From the NCBI GenBank assembly GCA_043228905.1, contig JBHGNT010000008.1, forward strand, positions 4,464,001 to 4,528,000: DNA of 64,000 nt. The letters run 5' to 3'. The stretch is from Azolla caroliniana. Lineage: Eukaryota; Plantae; Polypodiophyta. The notes beneath the pieces are model-generated. The model saw only the letters and a program-made list of their open reading frames with translations. It ran no database searches and was not told where the DNA came from. Made by a program: the position numbers and the translations under genes. Positions within the stretch are counted from its first letter, which is position 1. Every line of letters begins with the position of its first letter. Shown here piece by piece: positions 1-13,479 of this stretch.

Positions 1-746
1 TCCGACCCATGCATATACATCCGGCAATTGGCCAAGGAGTCCCTGATCAACTTGATCATATATGTCGACAATGTGTTGGTTGCAAGAAGCAATGAAGCCG
101 AAATAAGAAGACTAAAGCGGAACCTTCACAATAAATTTTTGATGAAGGAACTCGAACAAACCCGACATATCTTGGGCATGAGGATCGAGCGAAATCAGAT
201 GACGAAGACTCTCCAGCTCTCCCAGTCCGATTATATCTGAAAGATGCTTATAAGGTTCAACATGGAGAACGCTAAGTGGGCACCAACTCCGCACCTAATG
301 TCAACACGACTAACAGATAAGGACTCTCCTTCGACCAACAAGGAGAAAGAGCCCAATGGGAAGATACCCTATGCATCGGTTGTAGGAAATATCATGTACA
401 CAATGGTGGTGACCCGACCTGACCTTGCATATGCCGTAGGGGTTGTCAACCGGTACATGTCAAACCCAAGATGGAAGCATTGGGAGACCGGCAAGCACAT
501 CTTCGGGTATCTAAGAGGAACCAAAGATGTACAGTTGACTTTCAAATCTGCAAATCTAACCGAAGTCGAAGGCTATACAGACTTCGACTATGCCGACAAC
601 CGGACAATCAGAAGTCGACATCTGGCTACATATTCACCTATGGCGGCGGTGTCATATCATGGAGGTCGAAATTGCAAGAGTGCACTACACTCTCGACAAT
701 AGAGGCCGAGTACATAACCCAATTGGAAGCAACCAAGGAAGCCATT

Positions 747-3700
747 AACACCGGGACATTTGAAACAGGTAATATGTCGCATTTTGAGAATTGTCCATCA
801 AAAAATGACACAAATTAGGGTGATTCACAAAAAGGGGTGCTGCATGCGTAAAGGAATTTTAAAAATGACCCAAAAATATATTGATTTTTAACATGTACGG
901 AAATTTAGGTGTTCAAAAAAATGCCTAAATAATGGACATGCCAAACTTACAAATGAATGTCCAAAATGACTAACCCCAATATTTACAGAAATTCTGAATC
1001 CAAATCTTGATGTGCAATACAATATTTATAGTTAACGTATCAGGACAATCATTTTTCAAGTTTATGTCATCATCTTCATACCCATTAGATGAACTAGTAC
1101 GAGTTTATGAGGTCTCATCCTCATCATCAATGGCAACTAATGCATTGTGTTGATCCAATTGCAATCCAACCTCATCGAGTTTATGAGTCATGCTTCTTGT
1201 TTGTCTTTGTGTTGTGTCTGAAGCCACATTCCAGATCCTCTTTTAGTATCTTCATTGTGGTCTGTCACAGATAACTTGTTTTGGTCAAATATAAGTCATA
1301 CACTAATATATAAACATTATCCAATGTAAGAGTACATGTGCTTGATGCATCTTTCCTCCTCACTTTTTGGTTATGATATTTCATTATGTACTTTCCATTT
1401 ACAAGATTAGATTATGTGAGAGAAGCTTTCTACCAAAATCATTAGAATCTAAAAAATGTCTTAAAGATGTTTTCCATTTTTCTTAGATTCTCATAGTAAG
1501 CCTTTGACGTCGTAGAGAAATCCGATTCATTCCATCTAGATTTGACGCAACATGTCGAATTTTACTCTATACATCTAGAATTGGATATAATGCATCAGAT
1601 TCCTGTAAGTCTTGGAATTTTTTTTAAAATTTCCATTAGAAAAATACTCTTGCATTTTAATGCATTGCATTGAATTCTAGCTACATAGACTAAAATATGA
1701 TACATTGCATGGATTTCCCGAAAATACATAAATAAATACAAATTGAAAAAATAAAACATTTTCCCATAAATAAATAAATAAACATTTTTTTATTTTACTC
1801 GTAAATAAATAAATAAAAATTGAAAAATTAGATTTCAATGGAAATCCAATTCCGTGCATCGGATTCAATTAAAAATCCAATTTCTCTTATTTTTTTGAAA
1901 ATTTTCTTATTTTTTGAATTGTTTTTGAATTTTTTTTTATTTTCCCCATAAAAAAATAAATAATAATTGAAAAAATGGATTTTCAACGGAAATCCAATGC
2001 ACTGCATTGGATTTTGGTTGAAATTCCACTTTTACGTATTTTTTTCCAAATTTGCTAATTTTTTTGAATTTTTTTGAATTTTTTCTATAAAAAATAAATA
2101 AATATTGAAAAAATAGATTTTCAATCGAAATCCGATGCACTGCATCGGATTTCCGTAGAAAATCCACTTTTTCTTATTTTTTTCTAAATTTTCATAGTTT
2201 TTAGAATTTTTTTGGTATTTTTTTTGTCTATTTTCTCATAAATAACTATATAGAAATTGAAAAAATGAATTTTCAAAGGAAATCCGATGCAATGCATTGG
2301 ATTTCTATTGAAACTCCACTTTTTGCTATTTGTTACCAAATTTTCATATTTTAAAATATTTTTTTGTATTTTTTAAATTTTTTCCCATAAATAAATAAAT
2401 AAAAATTGCAAAAAATGGGTTTTCAATTGTCTTATTTGTTTCCAATTTTTCAGATATTTTGAATTTGTTTTTGTATTTTTTTTTAATTGTTTTTGTTTTT
2501 ATCATAAATAAATATATAGGAATTGAAAAAAATGGATTTTCAACGGAAATCCGATGCACTACATCGGATTTCCATTGAAAGTCCACTTTTTCTTGTTTGT
2601 TTACAAATTTTCTTATTTGTTTATATTTTTCTCTAAAAAAGTGTTAAAAATAAACAAATTGTGATTTTCTCCATTTAAATGATGTGTTTTCAACGGGAAT
2701 CCGATGGAAAACAGATCATTTTCAACAAGATTTTCAATGGAAATCCGATGCACTACATCAGATTTCCGTTCAAAATCACTGAGTTTCAACAGAAATCCGA
2801 TGCAGTGCATCGGATTTCCGTTGAAAGTCCAATATTTTTCTTATGTTTTTTCATAAAACATTAATTTGCAATTGAAATCCGACTCAATGGTTCAGATTTT
2901 GTTGAAAATGTAATATTTTTTTATTATCTCATTGTTTTATGAAAAACCTAAAAGAAATTTGGATTTTTAATTGAAATTCGATGTAGTGCATTAGATTTCA
3001 GTTCGAAATCCACTTTTTTAATATATTTTTATTTATTTTTTGAAAAAATGAAAAACAATTGAAAAGAAAGAGGATTGCCAGCTAAAATCTGATGCAATGC
3101 ATCAATGTCTAGCTGTATAGACTACGATCTGATGTAATGTATCGGATTTCAATTGAAAAGCCGTTTATTATTTTTTTATATGGAAAATAACTAAATAAAT
3201 AACATTGGAAAAAGAAAAAAGAAAAATGGATTTTCGACTCTAATCCAACGCATTGCATTAGATTCTAGCTATATATACTAAAATATAATGTAGTGCATAG
3301 TATTTTAGCTGAAAATCCATTTTTTATTTTTTAATGGAAAAAATTTTAAAAATTACAAAAAAAAAAAACTTGGATTTTCAAGTGAAATCTAGTGCATCGT
3401 ATTGGATTCCAATTAAAAATCCAAGATTTTTTATTTTTTCAAATTTTATTGTTTCAAATTTTCAATGGGTTTTAGATTAGTTTTCTGACACAGGTATATA
3501 ATATAAAACTTACATCAATTTAGATTAACGTTATATTCTATTCTTCAATTTGATGTTACGTGTGCAATTTCATTCTACTGTCATGTACTACTAAAACATA
3601 CGCCTTAAAGATTATCAGGAACTCTGTTGCATTAGAGAAGGACCTTGAGCAAGTTAATGTCATCAAAATGAGGATCCAAGGTATCTGGGGTTGTCCTGAT

Positions 3701-4604
3701 CAAGACCAAGAAGTTGGGGCAAAGGATATCAATAAAACTTAGATGTTCCAGATGACTTTTAGAAAACTTGTGGAACTATAGATGAAGACGCAGGGCAACT
3801 TGTTGAATTAGAAGACGTTTCAGAGTCTGCACATACTAACAATTCAACTTAGCGTACTGACGAAGCCAATGAGGAAAATCCTGATGAAAGAGCTAATCCT
3901 AAGTAGACGGCTTTACCAGACTTATTATTCGATTGAATGGTTATGGCTTATTGTAAATTTTGAACAATATGAATTGTTAAATTTTGACGTAATATATAAG
4001 TTGAGCTTACTTATCATTTTCGTGTAACAATCATTGAACTTAGAAATTAAGTATACTTGTATGTGTACATGTTATCTAAACTCTCCTTTATCATTTGGGG
4101 TATATCGGAGATAAGTTTATACTCTATCATTTACTCGTATGATTGGAATGTTATTGTAGACTAGTTTATTTATACATTGACAGTGTCATGTATCACGTGT
4201 CAATGGAAATTTTCTCTTGACATAGTAGTATCTCTTAATTGCAAGGTTGACAATTTGCTTTAAGATGTATTATATTTAAATATACACACATAATTAGAAG
4301 AAGTCACTTATTCAATGGGGCATGCTTTTTAGAATATGCACAAGGACCCGTGTTACTATTATACTTGTGTTGACAAATACACCCCTGTCTAAGATTTGGA
4401 CAAAAACATGGTAGATAGAATATACGTCGGATAATTTTGTTGACGTGATATTAGTTAGTTCTTTTTTTCGCTATGTTTTCATAAACCACATACACATGCG
4501 TCGTGCCTTGTTGAAATTCTGCTTAAATAAGACATTTTTTAACATCTCACTAAGATATGAAAAAGAGAATGCGACATATTACCTGTTTCAAATGACCCGG
4601 TGTT
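747..4604. mobile_element. Non-autonomous TIR DNA transposon, 37-bp TIRs, 4-bp TSD (CATT), superfamily unassigned
   Basis: Left TIR AACACCGGGACATTTGAAACAGGTAATATGTCGCATT (747-783) matches the reverse complement of 4568-4604 with one mismatch. CATT at 743-746 and 4605-4608. Removing the element and one CATT restores Copia codons GAA GCC ATT TGG TTG (EAIWL). Confidence 0.92.
1500..3430. repeat. Array of about 20 imperfect palindromes (core AAATCCGATGCA-N-TGCATCGGATTT) in AT-rich spacers
   Basis: Best copies start near 1830, 1976, 2115, 2266, 2533, 2726, 2782, 2961, 3371, e.g. TTTTCAACGGAAATCCGATGCACTACATCGGATTTCCATTGAAAG. Confidence 0.9.
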
Positions 4605-5363
4605 CATTTGGTTGCATCGACTTTCCACCGAATTTTCGGTGACAAGCTGAATCGATCATCCAGCGCCAAACATCTATTGCGACTCACAGAGTGCAATACA
4701 CCTCATTCAGAACCTAGTCTATCATGTGAAGACAAAACATATTGAGTTGCGGTTTCATCATATCTGGGAGCTTGTGATGGAGAAGAAGCTTGAAGTCTGG
4801 AACATTGATACCGATGTGAACAAGCCACTCCCAGAACAACGCTTCGGAGCACTACGGAACACGATGAGACTACAACAAGAGACCGAGTAGAAAAGTGCCA
4901 AACGAATAGATGCAGCAAGCTAGTCAAGGTCGACCCAACCAAGGTGGTCGAAAAGGCAAAATCAAAAGAGCAGGAAAGTCGAGAGGCTAATGACACAACC
5001 GAGTGCAAAGAAGGTGACTGGAAAGGAGGTGATCGAGGGGTAAGCAGAGCCAAAGATCGATCAAGGATTCAGGAAGGAGCACAAGAGTGAGCGCAAACGA
5101 GAAGTCAAAGGACGACTAGATGCCAAAAGCCGAATCATATTCGATCCGATCCAGATGAACTAGCCAATCCGGCCAACCCAGAGAAAGCCATCCGGACAAC
5201 ACATGATCCGGGAAATTAACCGAAATATGCCGATTTGGCCATGAGACCAATCAACTTGTATTCATACAATTGTAATGTAGATATGAATTGTAATCCTAGG
5301 TTTACGAGGGAGATAATCCCAACAGATTGTTCCCACACAAAGTAGTCCTTTTACGGGGGAGTT

Positions 5364-5612
5364 TGTTGGCATAACAGGCCAACTCCTTCCACATTGTAAC
5401 CTTAAGTGTGAACACCTTCTCAAGTTAGGGCTTGAGTATATATGCTCAACCCTAACATTGTATAGTTAGTCTTACACACACACACAGAGTTTTATAGAAG
5501 AGAAATATAGTTTCCATTAGAGCTTCAATTGTGTAACTTGATTCTTGCTTACAACTTTCTTCTTCGACTCATCTGTGTTGTTTACTATACACAATTATAC
5601 AGGTCCTCAACA
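5364..5612 (+). repeat. 3' LTR of the Copia remnant
   Basis: Starts TGTTGG directly after the PPT, contains a TATA-like TATATA, ends CTCAACA. An alternative end at 5625 is possible. Confidence 0.7.
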
Positions 5613-5699
5613 AAATTCTGCAACACTTATTCAATAGGGTATAAATATTTTTGTGCATGTGTAGGTGGACATTGAATCCTTAGTTTCCTATGCAATTCT

Positions 5700-7900
5700 T
5701 GGTTTGATGAAGAATGTAAGGCTCATCTCAAAATGTTCAAGTTGGAAAAGATAAACATGAGAGCTCTATCATTGTATCAACATCAAAGAACGGTGGGAAG
5801 GAAGAAGATCTTGAAATGGACAATGGATAACAATTGTATTTATGGATCAAGCTATCAAGCAAGGTTTCCCAAAAGATTTGCTCATGAATTTGTTTAAACC
5901 AATCCATAAAGAAGGAGATTAAAAATTGCTATCCAATTATCAAACTATCATGGTTTAGCTAAGTTATGGTTAAGGTATATAGTATTATCATGGAACAAAA
6001 GTTTAGGTCATGGGCTGATGATCATCAAAAACTAGCACTTGGTCAAGAAGACTTTATCTGAACACAACATTGAACTATAGATCATTTGGTTACACTAAGA
6101 GTTATGGAAGAAAGTCAATTTCAAGGGATTACACTATGTTGTTGTTTGTGGACTTCAAGAAAGCATTTGACACTATATCAAGCAGTGATCTTTGGAAAAG
6201 AATAATAGAGATTGGAATGCCATTAGGATATAGAGCAATTGTAGCATGATTGTTAAATTAAGTTAGGTGCCAATGGAAATTGGATAGTGGTTTCTTGAAT
6301 TACTTTTTAAGTAACATGGGGTTCAAACAAGGGTTCCCACTCTCTCCCATACTCTTTGGCCTATGTGATGATAAACTTGAAGAAATAGTAAACAAGGTTG
6401 CAAAAGAGGATAGCAATGGGCCCGGTTTCGGCTCAAACCAAACCAAACCGTTAGGCCATGGTTTAATGGTTTATTGGTTCCAAAAATGTGGAATGGTTTG
6501 GTTTGGGTTATAAATAAATGATTCGGCTTTAGTTTGGTTTAGTTTATAGGTTTTTGGTGAACTTTTTTTCCCCCATAATGGTTTATTAATTTAATGGTTT
6601 AATTAGTGTTTTTTTATTGATTTAATTAATTTAACTTAAATGATCATTTCATTTAATGGTTTTTAACAATGCTTTTTTATTGATTTAATAAATTTAACTT
6701 AAATGTTTATTTAGTTTTTTATTAGTTTGGCTTAAGTGGTTAGGTTTAAATTTTTTATTCAATGGTTTAGTTTGGTTTCAACTTTTATATAAACAGTTTT
6801 GGTTTAAATGGTTTGGTTTAAATCGCTTGAGAGTTCCTAAACGGTTTGGTTTAATTTTTGTTTTATATAAATGGTTTGGTTTGGTTTGGTTTTAAGGCAA
6901 AGAAACCAAACCAAACCGAGCCGATTGCTAAAAGAGGAACAATTGGATGGCTCAAAACTCATAAATAAGCTTATTTTATCCTACTATATGCCAATTATGT
7001 TGTTTTATCTTAAAATTTCGATGGCATGCAACACTTACTTCATGTATTAGACTTATTCTATAAAATCAATGAGCTAATTGTCAACATGGACAAAACAAAA
7101 ATGGTGGCAATAAAGGCAATCAACCAAGATACTACGCCCACTTTTACGTATAAGTAGGAATCAAGACAAGTTGTGCAAAGCTTTAAATATCTTGGTATTA
7201 ATATCCCATCAACAAATAGGTGGAACATATGGTATGAGTCTAAACTTCATGCAAGTTAGAATAGTTATTATATACTTGAGAATCAAAGCAACTAAAGTGA
7301 TACTCGAGGATGGGAAGTGATTGATATTATTTGATGTTATGACCGTGGTTGTGTTGCTTTGTGGCATCATCTCATTTACTGCATGGAATGAAATAGAGAA
7401 AATTGGACCCAAAAAAAAGTTACGTAGAAATTGGGGGTAAAAGTTTTAACACCCTATCCTATCATGCTATTAGAAACAGTTGCTTAGCCTGTAGAGGGAT
7501 TTGCCTTGCAAAGACTATACTAGTATGTCACAAAAGTCAAGAATATGTTTGATAATAGATTGCCAAAACAATCTTGGAACATAGGATGCAAGGTACAAAA
7601 AACTAAGAGTAAATTCCTATCATCTAGTTGGGTGCTTGACATTACAAATAGTTTAAGAGATGGGGAGTAAAAGATCTATTGCATTCGTAGGTGACGTTAT
7701 TGAAGCATGTGTACATTGAGGAAATATTACTAGTGACACTAAGGATAAAGTGGAAAGATGCTAAAATGTCCAAAATTGGAATATTATATTGCAAATATTA
7801 ACCCCCAACTTTAGCCCCATATGAAGTAAAAATGCCAAAATGTATCCAATCACATCTCTCTACCCCCATGAGATGTAGCTCTCGAAAAGCCGTTAACACA
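5700..7900 (+). mobile_element. Highly degenerate RTE/RTEX-like LINE reverse transcriptase remnant
   Basis: Fragmentary frames give NYQTIMV, TIDHLVTLR, FVDFKKAFDT, GFKQGFPLSPILFGL, FKYLGI, in the same motif order as the minus-strand LINE at 25900-27000. Boundaries approximate. Confidence 0.75.
6411..6930. mobile_element. hAT-type MITE (520 bp) inserted in the LINE RT
   Basis: TIR TAGCAATGGGCCCGGTTT / AAACCGAGCCGATTGCTA. 8-bp TSD AAAGAGGA at 6403-6410 and 6931-6938. Many subterminal AAACC/GGTTT motifs. Confidence 0.9.
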
Positions 7901-9938
7901 TCTTGGAACTCACTCAAACAAGTTAGTTGTTGAGGTAGCATCATGGTATCAGGAAAATCTACAAAGTATGCAATGAAAACATGGTGGAGGATGCATGATA
8001 ATTTAAGTGTCATACTCAAATGTCCACCAAGAAGGGGGAGAATATAGATGCATGCATTAGTTTTTACTATAGAGTAAAAAATACAAATTTGTTTGGTTGT
8101 TGCATATATAGATCAAATTGGCCATGATATGGGTCTATGGGAATCGAATGTTATTATGTCCATTTCTCCAACATCTGTACATGTTCCTTGTGATCTTATA
8201 ATACCAAGGCGTCTCTTTAAAAAAAACTTTATTACGAAGCAATTACATACAAGATAATATGTTGATTTGGTCCCATAGATCAAATTTGGCTATTCTATTG
8301 ATTAGGAAGTGTAACACTACTCTTTATGAGTTCACTCTAGAATATGTGTAATAGAATTTTGAAGTTCATAGATATTGTAAAAATTGGTGTACGAAGTAGA
8401 TGGATGGACCACTACTTGTAGGAGGCTATATAAAGCCCCTCCTTCCTAATGTTAAAGTTGTTGGGCATAATGGAATAGTGTTATCATTATGCTCCATCAT
8501 CCATCATGATTAATTTATTTACATGTTATAATGGTGCATTAATGTTTTTTTTCCAAAAAGAAGCTACTTTCCCATTAGTTAGGAAAGATTATTATAGAAA
8601 GACTATACAATGTGGCTTATACATAAATCGGGGAATCACCCTCTGACCGAGTTCAAGAATATGAGACTACGTACATGTTAATTTAACCATATCTTATTAC
8701 TATTATGTTTATCCACTTCTCTTACTCTCTCAAGTGTTTATTATATTTATATTCACACCCCTTCTCTTAGTCTATGTTACGCATAGTATGAACCATACAT
8801 ACCATACGTGCGTTCGTGTTCGAGAATGTTTTAATCATTCGAGAATGGTGATAAATAGTTTTTCAAGGTAAAAAATTTAAGAAAATTTCAAAAAACACAT
8901 TGCCTTATTAATAACAAAAAAAATGACAGAAATTACAGAAAAATTATTTAAATTACAAAAAATCTTGAAAAATTACAAAACAATTTGTATTACATAGCAC
9001 ATACTACATACTATGACCTAAAGTTTAAAGAACTTTAAACCTTATTACTAACCTTAAACATACCTGAATGCGAGAGGAGTGAAACTTGCTATGTAGAAAT
9101 TAATGGTCGTGAGAAGATGTATAGTCACTGACTCACTAGTGTGGCAGCACTATGTAGGCTCAAGGCTCAAACAACATATCGTTCAACGCTAGATGGGAGA
9201 GGAGAGGAGAGCGTAGCGTTGATGTGTAGAGGAAAAATGGAAAAAAGAGGGGGGGGAAACTATAAAAAAAAAACACAAATATTTGAATAATATTTGTGTT
9301 CGTTTTCCAACATATGAAAGCGAACGATATGGCAGACGAACACAAATTTTACGTACTTGATCTCACGTATACATATCTACATACACTAAGTGTTGCAATT
9401 GCCTAATTAACCAGATAGTATTAATTACTCATATAATTTATTATCTAGCTATTTACAATAAGCTCGTAATATTTTTAAATAAATGAGGCCATAAAATATG
9501 AGTATGTACCAAGTCTATCCAAAAGTGTGTCTAGGTGTATCTAGATATACTTATGTATATGTAGTTTTGTATGTAAGATTAATTGTGTGTACTTTGGATG
9601 TTGAGGGAATTAATCATAGGAAATAAAACTTTTGGACTTTTGGAAATCAGAAGCATGAACATTATGGAAATAAGAGTTAGGAGAGAGAGAGAGAGGAAAA
9701 AAAGCGATGGCGTTCCAAGAATAGTGTTAAAACATGTTTCTGATGTAACTTTGTACTTAGAACTCCGAATTTTATGATTGTGGGTTCATTGCGAAGCTCT
9801 TTTAGAGTGCTTTACAGGGATTATTTGGATACTAAGTTTCGTTATCGTTACAAGAAGCTACAAGAAAAATCGGCATCGTCTCAAGTTAGTTCTCTCAATC
9901 TCTGTTAGGAGGGTTGACACAATAACAGGAAGTGAGTT

Positions 9939-11304
9939 GATGATTGTTGATGGATGTGGTAGTAATGATGATTGTGAAAATTACAAGAGGAAAAAGTGTA
10001 TCGATTCTACAGAACATGAAAAAACATCATATGTTGCTATTCTTGGTGGGAAAGATGTTGTTGGACATGATTATAATATTGACAGTCATTGTGATTTGCT
10101 TTTAGATTTTATGGAAAAAATGAGAAAGATGCTAAAGATTGTGTGGAGGAGGATGTTGTAGAGGTGGTGATGGAGACCAAGTCTATGTTTAGCAACTTTT
10201 CACAAGTTCTATGATTGTGGTGTTATCTGGTATTTCACTAGCAAAATTCCTTTGGTATCATGGATTAAGCAGTGGTTGAATTCATTCATAATGCCTAATT
10301 GTGTTGAGGATGTCTATGTGGGTCCAAGAGGTTTCTATGATGTGGTTTTTCGATCGTCAGAACATTGTATGACTTTGATGGCAAAGGTACCGATCTTTTT
10401 TTATAAAAGATTAGTGCATGTGATGGAATGGGTTCCGGTGGTGGATTATAAAGATTTATTAAAACAACAATGTCCAATTTGGGTGACCGTTGATTGCAGT
10501 AACTCATTCTTTTGAGATTTACTACCAGGATTGATGTCTCAAATTGGTAAAGTTTTGGTTGCTCCTCATGTTAATTCGTTGAACAAATGTAGATTTTGCA
10601 TGTTATGGGATACAGGTTGTAAACTTCCAGGATGGTTGAGTATAGATACATCCTGATTTGGTCAATTTCGTTTTAAGCTTCAATGGGAGACCTTTGTAGG
10701 ACATTGTTTTAAATGTGGTAAACTGGGGCATTTTATGGCAGAATGCCAATCTCATGGTGAACTATCCCCAGAAAATAATGTCAAAGGGAAAAATACGGAA
10801 GATGTTGAGAAAGATATTGTCTCAATGGTTGATATGGTCATGGATGAGGGAACATCTCATGGGTTAGAGCGAGATCTTAAAGTTCATGGTCATGTTAGAG
10901 GTGTTGGGGAGGAGAATGGAGTATGCATTAATGATGACCCAGATGTTGAAGATAGAGAGTGGCATCAAGTGAAGCATAAGATAAGAGGGAAGGGTGTTGC
11001 CATACAAAGGGACATAAAAAATACTAATGGTAAGGCATTACCAAAAGATAATTTGAGATTGAATGAGGGGTTTAAGAAAAATCCTTGGCAAAAACAAGTG
11101 CGAAATCAGAGATTATCCAACCAATTAAATTTTGATTCTTCAGGAAGGGTGGTACGACCTCAATTAAATCAAGGACTTCGTTCTCGTGGAGCCAGACAAC
11201 AAAAACCTAATATTGTTGGAGGGGATATAGTACACATGAATCCTCATGCAGCTCTTGAACAAGTAGTTAGTACATTCATGAATACACTTGCTCATAAAGA
11301 GTAA
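9939..11304 (+). pseudogene. L1 ORF1 (RRM/DUF4283-like region plus zinc knuckle), disrupted
   Basis: RGFYDVVF...CPIWV; CFKCGKLGHFMAEC at 10705-10746; several stops and frameshifts. Confidence 0.8.
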
Positions 11305-13002
11305 GTTCTTACCAAAGGTGTTAAATGAAAGTGGTATCATGGAATGTGCGAGGGGCGTCTTCTCCTCATAAGAACTATATATCATGGAAAACTTTATTTG
11401 ATAAAGAATGGGATATTCTATGTGCATTTGAACATAAGTGTCATGATTTAGCAGGATCTGTGTTACATTTGCGTGGATATTCCGCATATTATGCAGGACA
11501 AGTATCACATCATTACTCAAGGGTTGTCATGATTATTCATGATTTATTTTGTCCACATATACTCTATAATGATCCATATGGATGTTTTTTGGTGATGGAA
11601 GTCAAGTATTTTTAGGATTTGATATGGTTGGTAGAAATGTATTCAATGTATTCACGATTATTAATGGGTCGTGTTGGTTTGTTAATGGGTGATTTTAATA
11701 TGTGTGTTGATGCTTCACAATCTACTTCACGATTCTCATTGATGGATTCTCCTGGGACAAATTGGCATCAGAGGTTTTGAAGTTGGATGTATGGAAATGG
11801 TTGCATCAAGATGTGGTTGGGTTTACATTTCAGTCTATGCAATATAAGGAAACATGGAGTAGGTTAGATAGAATGTACGTTATGCATGATGAGTCCTTTT
11901 TGCCAAAGATTCTTAATATGTCAATTATGCAAGAGGTTGTGGCATCGAATCATTTTCCCATATGTTTTGAGTTCAATAAACATGGGGTAGATATGTACAA
12001 AACATTGCGTGATTGAGTTCCTTTGAGGTTTAATTCTTCTTTATTATTACATTCCTTATTTAGTGCCTATGTGCAACAAAATTTTGGCATGTTTTCAGAA
12101 CAAGTTATTTCAAAAGGATGGCATGCATGGGATACAACACTACAAAACATCAATGATATTCACCGTCTGTATGGTATGGCTAATGCTAAAAGACGTAAGA
12201 AATTGATTGATAAGTTTTCATATATTCTTACGCGATACAATGTACTATTGATGAATAATCCGCATGATGAAGAGTTTTTGGGTGTTCAAGTTCAAGTACA
12301 GGACATTGTGAAGAACTTTTCTTGTCAAAGTTATCAACAGACAAGAGTATGTCAATTAAAGGAGAGATTTATAGATAATCAATCACAATCTCATATATTT
12401 TTTCAAGGATTAAGATCACCATATGCTCCTTCAAATGTGGTACAAATTAAGATAGGGGATGACGTTGTTGTAGACCCAATCAAGGTTATTGAGTTATGTA
12501 TTACACATTTTAAGAATTTGATTAGGCTAGAGTTGATTATTAATGAGGATGTGTTGAAAGCACGACAAGAGTTTTATAATGTAATTGGGAGTGTCGTGAA
12601 TACAAATATTTGTCAAGAATTGGATGTTGATTTTGAAGAAGCTGAGGTGGAAAAGGTATTGTTACACCTTCCAAATGGTAAAAGCCCTGGTTGGGATGGT
12701 GTTACAAATGAAGTTTTTAAGAAGTATGTTGGCATGCTTAAGAGTCCATTCACACAAATGTTTCAACAATGTTGGGATTCTAGTTTCATGCTTGAGAGCT
12801 AGAAGGTGGGCTTAATCAAATTGATACCAAAGGTACCATCTCCGGAGTCATTTCATCAATGGAGGCCTATTTCATTGATGGAAGGGTTATACAAAGTGTT
12901 TACAAAGATATTATCCAACAGACTTCAGAAGTTCTTACCGCAACTTATTCATCCATCTCAATATGGTTTTATTACAGGTAAAAATATATTGCATAATGTT
13001 TT

Positions 13003-13130
13003 TGTTGTAGGTTTTAGGGTTAGGACCTTAGTGATAATTATGATAAAGATAGACATGGTGAGTGTGATGATAGCAATGGAGATGGTGATCGGTGCAGGCT
13101 CCACCCCCTCCGAAGGGGGTTCAACGTAAG

Positions 13131-13177
<47 letters not shown>

Positions 13178-13418
13178 GATCATTGTATTCATTCATTCCC
13201 CATAAGGGGTTAAATAGGTACAAAGGGTTAGATACACAAGGGTGTAAGACCTTTGGCCTTCACACCTAACCACTCACTCACACCTCTTTGTATCCACTAC
13301 ACTCACACTTACATTCACACTCATAATCATATAACATTACACATACATATCAACACGTTACATCTTTCACCCTCACTTATCATAGTTATCAATCACTCGT
13401 ACATCTTGTACAGTAACA
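13003..13418 (+). repeat. 5' LTR (416 bp) with telomere-like start and (GA)n tract
   Basis: TGTTGTAGGTTTTAGGGTTAGG...GTACAGTAACA. Confidence 0.9.
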
Positions 13419-13423
13419 CAATA

Positions 13424-13439
13424 TGGCACGCCCGTGGGA
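13424..13439 (+). promoter_or_regulatory. Primer-binding site, tRNA-Arg(UCU)-like
   Basis: TGGCACGCCCGTGGGA, 5 nt after the LTR. One base short of TGGCACGCCC(A/G)GTGGGA, the complement of the plant tRNA-Arg(UCU) 3' end (recalled, not searched). Confidence 0.65.
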
Positions 13440-13479
13440 GAGTGCCTTGCACATCAATCCCACATGCCTTAATCATAAT

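Larger units (their letters stand above)
1..5612 (+). mobile_element. Degenerate Ty1/Copia LTR retrotransposon, 3' part (RT-RNase H, PPT, 3' LTR), interrupted by a DNA transposon at 747-4604
   Basis: Copia RT motifs IYVDNVL and PYASVVG...TRPDLAYAVGVV. RNase H STSGYIFT...ISWRSKLQ...EAEY...ATKEAI breaks at 746 and resumes after 4608 (W-L...IYCDSQSAIHL...HVKTKHIELRFH). PPT GGGGGAGTT at 5355-5363. Contains stops and frameshifts. Confidence 0.9.

Noticed and set aside
1500-3430. CRISPR-like appearance of palindromic repeats with spacers
   Set aside because: Spacers are related low-complexity A/T tracts of 90-100 bp, repeats are degenerate, no cas genes are present, and the context is a eukaryotic transposon.
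8766-9390. Possible MITE (CTTAGTCTATGT / ACATACACTAAG ends, GTTCG/CGAAC motifs)
   Set aside because: Only a 12-bp imperfect inverted match and no TSD found.
13003-13418. Retrozyme (hammerhead-containing LTR)
   Set aside because: No CTGANGA...GAAA core seen in the LTR on either strand, and the PBS is not tRNA-Met.
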